A stretch of 64,000 bases of DNA from Prorocentrum cordatum (taxonomy: Eukaryota): NCBI GenBank assembly GCA_963575745.1, contig CAUYUJ010000126.1:434001-498000 (forward strand), written 5' to 3'. Positions 1-18,445 of the stretch are shown one piece after another (the first letter of the stretch is position 1; each line of letters opens with the position of its first letter). The notes beneath the pieces were generated by a model. The model made no database searches. It was not told the origin of the DNA and saw nothing but the letters and a program-made list of their open reading frames with translations. Position numbers and translations under genes: made by a program.

Positions 1-221
1 CACGGAGGATCGGTTGAAATCAACACTGGCTCGACGGGGCACCACGCACCGAAGACATCCTGACTACCATCGCACGGTTCGGAAATTACCCAGGCGAAGG
101 ACCGTGGGTACCACCGCGGTGAAAACCGCAATCGGTTGAGCTCCCGACGGGGCCGCGGAACGCCATGCAGGCGCTGCCGCTGGGGCAGGTCGCAAGTGGG
201 GATGCGGGGGTCAGCCCAGAA

Positions 222-830
222 CAGGGTGTGCCAAAATGAGGGGGTGGCGGCATGCGGGCGCAGCCACTGGGGCCTTGGGTGGAGCTCCCTATGAGGCCAC
301 AAAACGTATGAGGAGTGTCACAAAAATGAAGGGGGCGGCATGCGAGCGCAGCCGTTGGGGCCTTAGGTGGAGCTAGTTCGGTAATGCTCCTTATGGGATC
401 ACGAAGCGTGGGAAGGGGTGTGCCAAACTGAAGAGGTGGCAGCATGCGGGCGCCGCCACTGAGGCCTTAGGTGGAGCCCCCCGCCACGAAACGTGTCAGG
501 GGTGTGCCAAAGTGAGGGGGTGGAGGCATGCGGGCGCAGCCATTGGGTCCTTCGGTGGTGCCTCCGATGTGACCACGAAACGTGTCAGGGGTGTGCCAAA
601 ATGAAAGGGGGGCGGCATGCAGGCGCAGCCATTTGGGCCTTATGTGGCGCCCCCTTATAGGGACAACGAAACGTGCGAGGGGTGTGCCAAAATGAGGTGG
701 TGGCGGCATGCGGGCGCAACCACTGCGGGCCTTAGGTGGAGTTCCGTATGGGGCCAAGAAACGTGTGAGGGGTATACCAAAATGGAGGGGTGGCGGCATG
801 CGGTCGCAGTCACTGATGCGTGCTTTAGCT
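222..830. repeat. Satellite A, ~89-bp tandem unit (GGGGTGTGCCAAAATGAGGGGGTGGCGGCATGCGGGCGCAGCCACTGGGGCCTTAGGTGGAGCTCCC...CACGAAACGTGTGA)
   Basis: Unit recurs with ~89-bp period (GAAACGTGTCAGGGG at 488 and 577). The same unit occurs again at 18.3-21.7 kb. Confidence 0.9.
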
Positions 831-840
831 GTGTTTCCAG

Positions 841-945
841 GCTCGCGCGGCGCGAGCTCAGGTGCAGGCGGCCCAGTCGGCCACCATGGGCGCTGGCGGG
901 AGGCGCAAGCCTGTGGAGGAGGGAAGCAGAGCGGCCAAAGAACAG
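841..945 (+). CDS. Candidate isolated internal exon (ARAARAQVQAAQSATMGAGGRRKPVEEGSRAAKEQ), product unknown
   Basis: TTTCCAG|G acceptor at 840/841, CAG|GC donor at 945/946, 105 nt open frame in non-repetitive sequence. No family recognised. Confidence 0.3.
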
Positions 946-1199
946 GCGAGCCACAAGGGCCAAACCGCCGCCGCCCTGCCAGCCCCAAAATTCAGACCAA
1001 CATCTCATCTCGTTCCCGGCGGACTTGGTTCTTTCCCGGTGAACTATGTTGTTTCCCGGCGCGGCGCCGGGAGAGAGTTCAGTTTGGTGTGGCTTTTGAA
1101 AACAAGCCTCGCGCGTCGGTTTTCGAAAAAGCCGCTGGCACCGTAATGGTTGGCACCTTAGCTTCGCAGGGGACAAGCCGGGAAAGAGTCCACATGTGA

Positions 1200-1264
1200 A
1201 CACTACGACTACTAATACCACGACCACCACTACTAGCGCTACTACTAATACTACGACTACTACG

Positions 1265-1296
<32 letters not shown>

Positions 1297-1528
1297 CACC
1301 ACCACCACCACCACCACCACCACCACTCCTCCTCCTCCTCCTCCTCCTCCTCTTCCTCCTCCTCCTCCTCCTCCTCCTCCTCCTCCTCCTCCTCCTCCTC
1401 CTCCTCCTACTCCTACTCCTANNNNNNNNNNNNNNNNNNNNNNNNNNNNNNNNNNNNNNNNNNNNNNNNNNNNNNNNNNNNNNNNNNNNNNNNNNNNNNN
1501 NNNNNNNNNNNNNNNNNNNNNGACTACG

Positions 1529-1586
<58 letters not shown>

Positions 1587-1688
1587 ATACTACTACAACG
1601 ACTACGACTACGACTACGACTACGACTACGACTACTAGTACTATTTCTTCTTCTACTACCACTACTACTACTACTGCTGCTACTACTG

Positions 1689-1719
<31 letters not shown>

Positions 1720-1810
1720 CACTACCACTACCACTACCACTACAACTACCACTACGACTACTGTTACTACTACTACTACTACTACCACACCTACTACACC
1801 TACTACTTCG

Positions 1811-1853
<43 letters not shown>

Positions 1854-1854
1854 T

Positions 1855-1902
<48 letters not shown>

Positions 1903-1905
1903 ACT

Positions 1906-1965
<60 letters not shown>

Positions 1966-1999
1966 GACTACTACTACTACGACTACTACGACTACTACG

Positions 2000-2055
<56 letters not shown>

Positions 2056-2140
2056 GACTACTACTACTACTACTGCTACTACTACTACTACTACTACTAT
2101 TACAACTCCTACCCCTACTGCGACTAGTACTACTACGACT
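1200..2140. repeat. (ACT)n microsatellite with (ACC)n and (CCT)n runs; contains the assembly gap
   Basis: Directly visible trinucleotide tract. Confidence 0.95.
1422..1521. other. Assembly gap (100 N)
   Basis: Run of exactly 100 N, typical scaffold spacer. Confidence 0.99.
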
Positions 2141-3430
<1,290 letters not shown>

Positions 3431-3577
3431 ATATTAATAATTACCCTGGCGACGTACCCAACCCCTGCGCAATGCGGGGCATAAGTAACATGGGAGACTT
3501 TATGCGGAAGTGATGACGTGACATGGGCTCATATACTTCTGCGAGCGGCATTCGTGAAACTCGCAGCTTTTCAAAGA

Positions 3578-5742
3578 CTGCGAGGTCCCGCTCAAATCTG
3601 CGTGGTGCCTCACTCCGCTGGACCCGCCACCAGCCTTTGAAAGTAGCGACAGTTTCGCAGATCACATCCCCCCAAGCACGGCGAAGCCCCTCTCAGATCT
3701 GCGCGGTGCCATCGAACGTGGCGACGGTTTCGCAGATCGCAGCCCCACAGGGACGGCGAGGTCCCGCTCAGATGTGCGCGGTCTCACTCCGTTGGACGCC
3801 CTCGAAAGTGGTGACAGTGTCGCAGATCGCCATGCTGGCCCCCCAGACAGCCATCGAACAGTGCGACATATTCGCAGATCGCAACCCCCCGGGGACGGCG
3901 AGGTCCCGCTCTGATCTGCGCCGTGCCTCACTCCGCTGGACCCACCAGCAGCCCTCGAAAGTGGCGACAATTTCGCAGATCGCAGCCCCCCAGGGACGAG
4001 GTCCCATTCAGATCTGCGTGGTGCCTCACCCCGTTGGACCCACCAGCAGCCCTCGAAAGTGGTGACGTCTTCGGAGATTGCTATGCTGGCCCCCCAAGCA
4101 GCCCTCGAAAGCAGAGATGGCTTCGCAGATCGCAACCCCCCAGGGACGTCGAGGTCTTGCTCAGATCTGCGCGGTGCCCCACCCCGCTGGACCCACCAGC
4201 AGCCCTCGAAAGTGGCAACTGTCTCGCAGATCGCAGACCCCCAAGGACGGCGAGGTCCCGCTCAGGTCTGCGCGGTGCCTCACTTCGCTGGGCCCACCAG
4301 CAGCCCTCGAAAGTGGCGACAGGTTCGCAGATCACAGCCCCCCAGGCACGGCGAGGTCCCGCTCAGATCTGCGTGGTGCCTCACTGCCACACTCCGCTGG
4401 ACTCACCAGCAGCCCTCCAAAGTGGCGACAATTTCGCAGATCGCAGCCTCCCAAGGACGGCGAGGTCCCGCTCAGGTCTGCGCGGTGCCTCGCTCCGCTG
4501 GACCCACCAGCAGCCCTCGAAAGTGGCGACGGGTTCGCAGACCGCAGCCCCCCAGGCACAGCGAGGTCTTGCTCAGATCTGCGCGGTGCCTCACTCCTCT
4601 GGACCCCCAAGCAGCCCTCGAAAGTGGCGACAGGTTCGCAGATCACAGCCCCCAAGGCACGGCGAGGTCTTGATCAGATTTGCGCAGTGCCTCACTCAGC
4701 TGGACCCTCCAGCAGCCCTCGAAAGTGGCGACGGGTTCGCAGACCGCAGCCCCCCAGGCACAGCGAGGTCTTGCTCAGGCCTGCGCGGTGCCTCACCCCG
4801 TTGGACCCACCAGCAGCCCTCGAAAGTGGTGACGTCTTCGGAGATCGCAGCCCCCCAAGCACGGCAAGGTCTTACTCAGATCTGCGCGGTGCCCCGCCCC
4901 GCTGGACACACCAGCAGCCCTCGAAATTGGCGACTGTTTCGCAGATCGCAGCCCCCCAGGCACGGCGAGGTCCCGCTCAGATCTGCGCGGTGCCTCACTC
5001 CGCTGGACTCACCAGCAACCCTCGAAAGTGGCGACAGGTTCGCAGATCGCAGCCCCCCAGGCACGGCGAGGTCTTACTCAGATCTGCGCGGTGCCTCACT
5101 CCGCTGGACCCACCACCAGCCCTCGAACGTGGCGACGGGTTCGCAGATCGCAGCCCCCCAAGCACGGCGAGGTCTCGCTCAGGTCTGCGCGGTGCCTCAC
5201 TCCGCTGGACTCACCAGCAGCCCTCGAAGGTGGCGACAGTTTCGCAGATCGCAGCCCCTCAGGCACGACGAGGTCTTGCTCAGATCTGCGCCGTGCCTCA
5301 CTCCGCTGGACCCACCAGCAGCCCTCGAAAGTGGCGACAATTTCGCAGATCGCAGCCCCCCAGGTACGGCGAGGTCTTGCTCAGATCTGCGCGGTGCCTC
5401 ACTCCGCTGGACTCACCTGCAGCCCTCGAAAGTGGCGACGGCTTCGCAGATCGCATCCCCCCCAGGCACGGCGAGGTCTTGACCAGATCTGCGCGGTGCC
5501 TCACTCCGCTGGACCCCCAATCAGCCCTCGGAAGTGGCGACAGGTTCGCAGATCGCAGCCCCCCAGGCACGGCGAGATCTTGCTCAGATCTGCGCGGTGC
5601 CTCACTCCACTGGGCCCACCAGGAGCCCTCGAAAGTGGCGAAGGATTCGCAGATCGCAGCCCCCCAAGCACGGCGAGGTCTTGCTCAACTCTGCGCGGTG
5701 CCCCACTCCGCTGGACTCACCAGCAGACCTCGAAAGTGGCGC
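3578..5742. repeat. Satellite B, ~101-bp tandem unit (GCCCTCGAAAGTGGCGAC...TTCGCAGATCGCAGCCCCCCAGGCACGGCGAGGTC...CTCAGATCTGCGCGGTGCCTCACTCCGCTGGAC), roughly 20 copies
   Basis: GCCCTCGAAA recurs at 4202, 4303, 4513, 4614 etc. (period ~101). Confidence 0.93.
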
Positions 5743-5877
5743 AGTCCCCCAGCGACGGCGAAGGAAGGGCAGGAGGCGAGAGGAGGCGGGAGGCGGGAGG
5801 AGGAAGAGGAGGAGGGACGCGACCCCAGTGCTCTATTGAAAACGAATATCAAACCAAGAAGGGTTGGGAATAAGATT

Positions 5878-10795
<4,918 letters not shown>

Positions 10796-11082
10796 GGGGT
10801 ACGTACGTACATACTTCGTACGTAAAAAGTAATCATGATAAACAAATGTAGGAGCAGGAAGAGGAGGAGGAGGGGGAGGTGAAGGAGAAATCAGATGCGT
10901 AGTGCAAAAAATAATCTCCCTCCTCCTCCTTCGAGTCCCCGCCCTCTTCCCGCATGTTTTCCCCCCTCCCCCTCCGAATTGTCCTCCCCCTCATCCCCGT
11001 CCTCGTCCTCCTCCTCGTCCGCGTCCGCGTCCTCGTCTTCGTCGTCCTCGCCGTCGTCGTGCAGAGGCGTTCCAGAGGCGCT

Positions 11083-11866
11083 CCACAGGCGTTCCAGAGG
11101 CGTTCCAGAAGCGTTCCGGAAGCGCCCGAGAAGCGTTCCAGAGGCGCTCTGAAGAGCGTTCGAAACTGCTCCAGAGGCGTTCCGGAAGCGCTCCAGAAAC
11201 CTATCCAGAGGCGTTCCAGAAGCGCTTAGAAGCGCTCCAGAGGCGCTCAGAAGCGCTCCAGAGGCGCCCAGAACCGCCCGAGAGGCGGTCCAGAAGCGCT
11301 CCAGAGGCGCCCCAGAGGCGCCCCAGAGGCGCTCCAGAGGCGCTCCAGAGGCGTCCCAGAAGCGCCCCAGAAGCGTTCCAGAGGCGCTCCAGAGGCGCTC
11401 CAGAGGCGCTCCAGAGGCGCTCCAAAAAACTCCATAGGCCACAGGCTGTCCAGAAGCGCTCCAGAAGCGCCCCTGAGGCGCCCCAGAGGCGTTCCAGAGG
11501 CGCTCCACGGGAGCTCCAGAGGCGCTGCAGAGGCGCTCAGAAGCGCTCCAGAGGCGTTCCATAGGCGCTCCAGAGGCGCTCAAAACCGCTCCAGAGGCGT
11601 TCCAGAGGCGCTCAAAAGGCGTTCCAGAAGCGCTCCAGAAGCGTCCCCGGAGCGCTCCAGGCTCGCTCCAGGCTCGCTCCAGAGGCGCTTCAGAGGCGCT
11701 CACAAGCGCTCCAGAGGCGCCCCAGAGGCGCTCCAGATGCGTCAGAGGCGCTCCAGAAGCGCTCAGAAGCGCTCCAGAGGCGCCCCAGAGGCGCTCCAGA
11801 GGCGCGCACAAGCGCTCCAGAGGCGCCCACGAGCGAGCGCTCCAGAGGCGCTCACAAGCGCTCCAG
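11083..11866. repeat. 11-bp minisatellite (AGAGGCGCTCC)n
   Basis: Dozens of AGAGGCGCTCC/AGAAGCGTTCC variants. Confidence 0.92.
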
Positions 11867-12004
11867 GGGCCGCGCGGGGGGGCTCGTAGTGCGCTCGTAG
11901 GAAATCTTCCAAAGCTTCAAAAACTTCGCGGGGGTCCTGTAACTGGGGAAGAACCCAGTTTGCCGGGAAGTACACAAGTTCGCCGGGGCAACAAATATTT
12001 CAGT

Positions 12005-13700
12005 TCAGGGCCCCTGGGCCCTCGGCAGGTCAGCCTTGGGCGGGGGGGCGAGACGGGCCCTCTCGACATTCTCGGGGCGGCGCTGCAGCCCGCGGGTGGT
12101 GGGCGGGATCCGGCGCTCTGCAGCGGCAAGGCCCCGGCGCTTGCCGCCGGCCGCCCTCCCGTAGCAGCGGCACTCGGTACAAGCGCGGTGCCCGTTGATC
12201 GTGCTCAGCTGGTGCTCGCCGCTGGCCACCTCAGGGGCTCCTGCGCCCCCGCCAGGGTGAGCCTCTGCGGTGACCAAATCCGAAAGGTCGACCGCCCCCC
12301 TATCTTCGGGCGATCTCGAGCGGCGGTCAGAAACCGCATCGCACTGCAAACTGGCCGAGAGATCAAGAGACTGCAAAGTCACAGGCGCCTGCGAACGACA
12401 CTCCTGACTATGCGGCAGCACAGGTGGGGCCCCCTTTGGGGCCTTCGCAGCGGGCCCCACAGGAGTCTCCGAGGCGAGCGAAAGCACCGAGGAGGGGAGG
12501 CAGGGGCCCCCACTGCGAGCAACAGCAGCACAGAACGCGGCGGGGCCTCGACTGGCTTTCGGGCCCACAGAGGCCTCAGACAGGGGCACCACGCGGGCTT
12601 TCGCAGCGGGCCCATTCGAGTCGCCACTCACAGCTACCGCGTCCCCAAGCGCAGCGGACGACCCATCGGCGCTGCTCGTGCTTGCTCCAGACGCGGCCGC
12701 CAGCAGGAAATCTACCTTCTGCGGCGCGGCCCCCAGATCCCCAGGCTCCTCCTCTACGTTGCTCTCTGCGCCCTGGGACGCGTGCTCGACTGACTTGGCC
12801 AGGGCCGCGCGCGCTGCCGCAATGCAAACAAGCGTGGCCAACGCGTTCCGAGCCGACCGCTTCGAACGCCCACCCGACAACGACGGGGCGCACGGCTTCG
12901 GGACGCACTGCTCGGCCCAGAAGTGCGCCTCGGCGTTGCTGCTGCGGGCCGTCTTGAAGCACTCGAGGCAATGGGCCCCTCCGTTCGGCACCTCGACAAC
13001 CTCATGGCTCACCAAATGTAGCTGAGCCCCACCCGCCTCCGGCGGCACGACTTCGCTGGAGATGTCGGACCTCCTGCCCGCTGCCACGGACCCAGCCGCA
13101 GGGACCCAGAAGGCGGCGCCCTGCATGGCCCGGCAAACCTCGATGAGCAGCCGCACGGCGTCGGGGGCGCCAGCGTGCGCAGCCATGAACTTGGCGCATC
13201 GATCTGCCCCCATGTTGCCACGCCTCGCCCTGGCGGCGATCGGGCCGCCCATGGCATGCTGCGCCGACGCGTGCGCCTTGGCCTTGACGACCGTCAGCCC
13301 CTGTTCGCCAAGGCCGCCGAAGTCCTGCGCCGCATGCCAGACGCTGACCCACAGCTCGGCCCAGGCTGACTTGCTGCTGGAGGTCTCATTGGGCCGCCTC
13401 TCGTCGATCTCCTCGACCGCGGAGTCGGCGTCAAAACGAGCGACCGCTGACGGGGTCGCACGCCTAGGCAAGGAGGCGCAGCGCCAACAACTTCCCCCCG
13501 TCGATGGACTGCAGGACGTCCGCCAGAGGGGAGGCGAGCGCCCGCGTGGCCGATCGCGGCCCAGGGCAAATGGCTCCCCCTCCGCGAGGTGGGGCTACCA
13601 ACGCGCTGGTTGCACAAGCGGCCTTTGCCCCGCCGTCGATGACGGCGCCGTCAGCGTACAAGTCAGGCTCTGCAAACGGCACACCTGCTTCGTGACCCTT
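12005..13700 (-). pseudogene. LINE A RNase H and C-terminal region (frameshift near 13465)
   Basis: LYADGAVIDGG...DADSAV...LW...VVKAKAH...RRGNMGADRCAK matches the RNase H D/D/H/GN-AD pattern; CxxC motifs follow (CLEC, CTEC). Confidence 0.75.
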
Positions 13701-14223
13701 GACCCACTGCGCGGGCGAGAGGACGTCGCCCCTTGGCGGCCTCCAATCCGAAGGAGGGTTCGGGCAGCCATGGCCTCTCCAGCGTCGTCCTGATGGTGAT
13801 GGGGTCGCCTTTTGACCGGGAACCTCGAGCTCCGCGGGCAGCGAGAGGCTTGGCCGCGCCTCCTGGCACTCCAGATGCCGATGCCACGGGGGGCCTACAT
13901 TGTCTGGGCACAGCGAACACGTAGAAACCGAGCTGGGGCCCGCAGCGCACCTCCCGTTGAGCCACTGCCCGTCCACGAAACGCGAGATGGCGCACCCTGC
14001 TTCCGTGGAAGTGAGAGGGCGCCACTTCCTGGAAATGGGGGTGGTGCTTTTGCCTTCTGAGACCCACCTGCGTACCTGAGGCAAGAAGACGACCCCTGCC
14101 GCGTAGACGTCTTGGTGCGTGGACTGGGCGAGCTGAGCGAGCTGCCGCCGCTCGACGCACCCGGTGGCGATCTGCTTCGCCGACCACGGCGAGCTTGCGG
14201 CCAGGTTGAGCTGCCCCCCCGCG

Positions 14224-15400
14224 TTAGCGAGCCACTTCGCGAAGGAGCCGGCCGTGAACCCGACCCTCTTGAGCGACGGGACTGCAGCGCCGAGCGGGCC
14301 CCTGACGTAGCTCCACGCCCCCGGCGACGCTAACACTCCCGTCGAAGGTGCTCTGGAGCATGGCAGCGGGCATCCACTTCTCCGACACCGCCATGGCCAA
14401 CACAATAACGGGCCTGAAAGTCGCCGTGAAGATGGGATCCAGAGCGCGGGCCCCCGCCAGCATAAGCACCGCCGCGGCGTTCTTACCCTGCGGCCGCTGC
14501 TCCGCCGCGCGCTGAGTGATGGGCCGCATCTTCGAGAGCTCGCTGCAGTTGACCCCTGCGCAGTTGCCCCCGTAAACCGCCGATGGGTGTAGGCCAGCGT
14601 GAGCGACCTTGGCGGCCGCTGCGCGACCGCGCCGCAGCCCGAGGAAGCAGCGCACCTTGCCGAGCATCATCTCGACGTTGGCCAGCCGCTGCTGCCCGAT
14701 GGCTCACGCCGCCCCCCGGCCCTCAGCGCGGTCGATGCCGGGGTTGCGCGCCCGCCGAGCTCCTCGGACTCCTGCGATCTTGACCGGCCGCCTCGAGACC
14801 ACGCTGCGCGGGCCGACCGCGCTGCCTAGGACACGCGACTTCTTAACGGCAATATTGAGCTTCACCCTCTGCAGCTGGTCATCCAGATGGTCGTGGACGC
14901 CGCTAGCTCGCCCTGACCTCTCTGCTTGCCTCCCCACCTCTGACGCACGAGGTCGTCGACCTCGATTGCTGGGGAGACGGCCCCGAACCCGGCGACTATC
15001 GCGCCGAGCGGCTGCAGCAGCATGATCTTCATAGAACCCGCGGCAAAGGCGCCCCCCGCCATGACCGCCTAGTAAACCTCCAGGACGCGCGAGCAACGGC
15101 CATCCAAGTGCAGGACGCGCGGCGCTCGGCAAAGCGACGGATGGAGCTTGGCCAGCCAGAGCGGGAACCTATACCTGTCGGCCGCGCTCACGAGGCACTG
15201 GCGCGGGACCTGCTCGAAAGACTTCCAGGTCGAGCAGGGCGCCGGCCGAGGCCCAGTCCTGCTCGGGACGCCGGCGAAGTCCTCCTTCGGCCTTGGGGGC
15301 GAAAGCCATCTTGGCGATGAAACTTGGCCAGTTGACCAGCCGCTCATTCTCCATGATCAGTTCGATGTGTGTCACAACGCCTTGATCTTCTAACAGGCTG
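14224..15400 (-). pseudogene. LINE A reverse transcriptase (stops and frameshifts)
   Basis: PKAEGGLR, LLDL-KSFEQV, AVMAGGAFA and IEVDDL motifs in successive frames. Confidence 0.75.
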
Positions 15401-16307
15401 AGTTCACTCGGACGAACTCTGTCAAAAATTTGGCCCAGACTGAGGCTTGAAGGAGGCAGTCGCTCTCCGCAGATCGGGCACACTGGGCCGACGGGGGCGA
15501 CCCCCGCTGTCCGCAGGCCACGCCAGACGGCGCATCTCCCCCGCAGCGCAGGGACTCGCGCCAGGAGCAGTGAGGTCCCAGTACCCGCACCACTCGTCAA
15601 CCACGGCCTGCAGTCTTTCCTGAACCGTGAGTGGAACTGCGGCACCGACCTTTGCTGGTCTGGCATTCCACGACTGCGCCAGCTTGGTGGCGGCGCGAAT
15701 CCCTCCAGAGCCAGTGACCACCGACTGCTGCGCCCAATCGTTCTAGCCGCGCTTCGCCTCGGCCAGGTCGCGCTCGACCATCTCCTCGGACCAGGCGAAG
15801 CAGGCAGCGCTGGCCACCCCCAGCTGCTCGAGCGAGAAATCCTGGGCGCCGCTGCCAAGGGCGCGCGCGACGTCCTGCGGCACGGCGAGGTTCGGCGGGG
15901 CCTTGATAGTGAGCCTGCCGAGCGCTTTCAGCGCCCCCGCCCCGAGAGCGGCTCGCCGATCTGCGCCGCATCGCGCAGGCAAATAACCGCGGATCTGCAC
16001 CGAGCGGCCGCCCTAGTGACCCGCGGCAGCCCGGGCGGCGATGGGGGCAGTGGCCGAAGTGGCCACGGGCCCAGGGCTCCCAGCGCCCCCCGCGCAGCGG
16101 TCCAGCTCGTGAACGAGGCCGCACGCGTCGACCATGCTGACCTCAGCCTGCGCGAGAAAAGTCAGTCACATGCGGTCGAGGTCGCCCGTGGACTCCAGCT
16201 GCTCGCGCACGCGCGTCCACCTGGGGGGATGGCCCCTAGAGCAACGCGCAAGAAGTCGGGGCAGAGGGAGCCGCTTCGCCGTCTTCCTGACAGTGGCGTC
16301 CTGATGT

Positions 16308-16994
16308 TTACCAGGCCCCAACAGCTCCCGGGCGGCCGGCTGGGTAGCGCGGGTTCAGGTCGAGCCCGTGGGCGGCGCTGGCACTGGCGCCTCGGGAGAG
16401 CCTCGAGACGACGAAACAACCAATGATCTTGCCAGCGGACCAGCAGGCAGCCTCCGTAGGCGCTGCAATCACGGCACGCACTGCCTCCAGCCAGCCTGAC
16501 TCTGTCAAGACTGCGATCTCCATGTCGAGGTCGCCGCTGACGACGAAGGGCCTGTTGGTCGCCTGCAGTGCCCGGAGCACCTTGTGTAGCGTGTCCGCGC
16601 TGGCCCCGTTGAGCCCGACGTCGGCCTTCAGGTAGATGTTGGCCCGAGCTATGCCGCCTCTGCAGACGCCGTTGAAGTGGGAGATAAGCGCACGACCAGG
16701 CTCCAGGAGGGCTGGCTGGTCGAGCAGCTCGAAGCACCCTAGCCCGAGATGCTGTGGTACCACCTGGACGAGCCCGCCGCTGACCAAACGCCCTGGCCCT
16801 GCGTTGATCGCGGGTGCCGCCTCCGTGACCCAACCGAGCCGTCGGTTTTGCCGCTGGACGCCCTGCGTCCTCTGGGGGGCGAGGTGCGTCTCCTGGACGA
16901 CAGCGAAGTCGCTGCACCTGACTGTGGACGTGCTCAGCAAGCTGGGCGAAACGCGCGCGACCACGTGTTGGAATGGACGGTGAGCCCGACCCAC
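16308..16994 (-). pseudogene. LINE A apurinic-like (APE/EEP) endonuclease
   Basis: DFAVVQETHL, SGGL, ANIYL, PFVVSGDLDM motifs. Confidence 0.8.
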
Positions 16995-17068
16995 CAGCGC
17001 TCTTGCTGGCCGCCTGGCCGCCTGGGCATAGACGAGGAATGGTTGCCGCCGACGGCGCCGGGGATCGA

Positions 17069-18052
17069 CTACCCACCAGAAATCTTGGAACGTTTGGCAG
17101 CACGGATGGCTTCGAGTGCGTCCAGAAGCCGCTTCCGCTCGTGCTCGTCACCACAGCCACTGAACACCCAGCCAGGGTCCTCCTCGTCCAAGAACTTGCC
17201 GAAGGCGTCGCCGTTGTCCTGGCCCATGGTGGCGTCGCCGTCGCTGGCAGTAGTCGCGGCACCAAGGCCTCCGCCGCCCTTGCCTCCTCCGCCGCCTGCG
17301 CCAGCGCTGGCTCTGGATCTTGCCGCAAGGGCGCGCGGGCACGAGCCGGGGCACTCGCTGCGGCGACCACCTCGTCGAAAAAAGGCGGCGAAGCTGACCG
17401 AGACCTCTTCGCCCGATTTGCCCTCCGTGGGGATGGTCGCGACCTTCCCCTTGACGGTGCGGAGGGTCTTGGCCGCCGTAGCAGAGGCGTAGAGCTTGGC
17501 TGCTTGCTTCTTGGCCTCCTCGAGCTCGGCTTTGCGCTGAGCCATGACACGATCTGCCTCTGCCAGCGCCTCCAAAGCCTTGCGTGGTTGTTCCAGAAGG
17601 CGCCTCCTCTTAGCTGCCGCACCCGCCAACGCCAGCGAGGCCTGATTCACCGCTGCAAGGAGCTTGCGAACCGCTGAGCCCAAGGCTGCACTTCGGCGTG
17701 CCAGCTCGATCATGTCCCGAGAGTTTCTGGAGAGTCCGTCCTTGATCACATCGTACGCTTCTGGGGCCATGGCAGCGTAAACAGCGATCTTGTCGTGCGT
17801 GTGGGTGAGGATGGTGGGAGCAGCCCCCCCGCCGTTAGGCCCACCCTTACCGTGCCGTTCCTTGCTGATGCCGTTGCCTCCGTGCTGCTGGGCCCGTGGA
17901 GCGCCAGCGAGGCCTCCGCCTTGCGCACACTTGCCTCCAGGCTTGCGACCTCCGTCGTGAACGGCTAGAACGTGATGCTTGCCTTTACGCCCCGCATTGA
18001 AAAGAGCGAAAGATGCTGAGGCGTGAAGCTTCCGCACTGCACACGCACACAT
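17069..18052 (-). CDS. LINE A ORF1 (gag-position, coiled-coil-like); true start uncertain
   Basis: 327-codon ORF directly 5' of the APE, with Ala/Glu/Lys-rich helical stretch (LEALAEADRVMAQRKAELEEAKKQAAKL). Confidence 0.6.
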   Translation of the reverse strand: MCACAVRKLHASASFALFNAGRKGKHHVLAVHDGGRKPGGKCAQGGGLAGAPRAQQHGGNGISKERHGKGGPNGGGAAPTILTHTHDKIAVYAAMAPEAYDVIKDGLSRNSRDMIELARRSAALGSAVRKLLAAVNQASLALAGAAAKRRRLLEQPRKALEALAEADRVMAQRKAELEEAKKQAAKLYASATAAKTLRTVKGKVATIPTEGKSGEEVSVSFAAFFRRGGRRSECPGSCPRALAARSRASAGAGGGGGKGGGGLGAATTASDGDATMGQDNGDAFGKFLDEEDPGWVFSGCGDEHERKRLLDALEAIRAAKRSKISGG

Positions 18053-18263
18053 TCACACACACACACACACACACTGCCAGCACTTCGCCATGAAAGCGGG
18101 AGGGTCCAGCAGGCCAGGACAGTGAGGACATGGACTGCGCACCCTCGGGCTGAGGGAGGCAGGTGGCTACCAGGGGCGGACCTGGCTCCACAAGAAGAAT
18201 CGCGAGCTCGGGAAACCAAGCTGTCCCACTTTGGCACGAGGGCGCGGAAGCCCCCAGGTGCAT

Positions 18264-18285
18264 CGTGAGCCAAAATGGCTACGGA
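18264..18285 (-). other. Complete dinoflagellate spliced leader sequence at the 5' end of LINE A
   Basis: Reverse complement reads TCCGTAGCCATTTTGGCTCACG versus DinoSL DCCGTAGCCATTTTGGCTCAAG (21/22). Confidence 0.93.
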
Positions 18286-18299
18286 GCAATCGCTGATGC

Positions 18300-18445
18300 A
18301 TTAGATGTACCCCCCTTATGGGGCCGCGAGACGTGTGAGGGGTGTACCAACATGAGGGGGTGGCGGCATGCGGGCGCAGCCACTTGGGCCTTAGGTGGAG
18401 CTCCCTGCGGGGACCACGAAATGTGTGAGGGGTTTCCCAAGTGAG
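18300..18445. repeat. Satellite A, short block, followed by GA-rich tract and terminal motif at 18666-18708
   Basis: Same unit as 222-830. Confidence 0.85.

Larger units (their letters stand above)
11900..18285 (-). mobile_element. LINE family A: apparently full-length, frameshifted non-LTR retrotransposon (SL-5'UTR-ORF1-APE-RT-RNase H)
   Basis: Ordered minus-strand motifs: coiled-coil-like ORF1; APE (VVQETH, ANIYL, VVSGDLD); RT (LLDL/SFEQV, AGGAFA, EVDDL); RNase H (LYADG, VVKAKAH, RRGNMGADRCAK). The 3' boundary is approximate. Confidence 0.88.

Noticed and set aside
170..187. Possible micro-exon (CAG|GCGCTGCCGCTGGGGCAG|GT)
   Set aside because: Too short to support without transcript data
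18264..18285. SL-RNA gene
   Set aside because: The SL is not followed by a GT donor and SL intron but by the LINE 5'UTR
11880..18310. Target-site duplication around LINE A
   Set aside because: No matching direct repeat found by eye; the 3' end is not sharply defined
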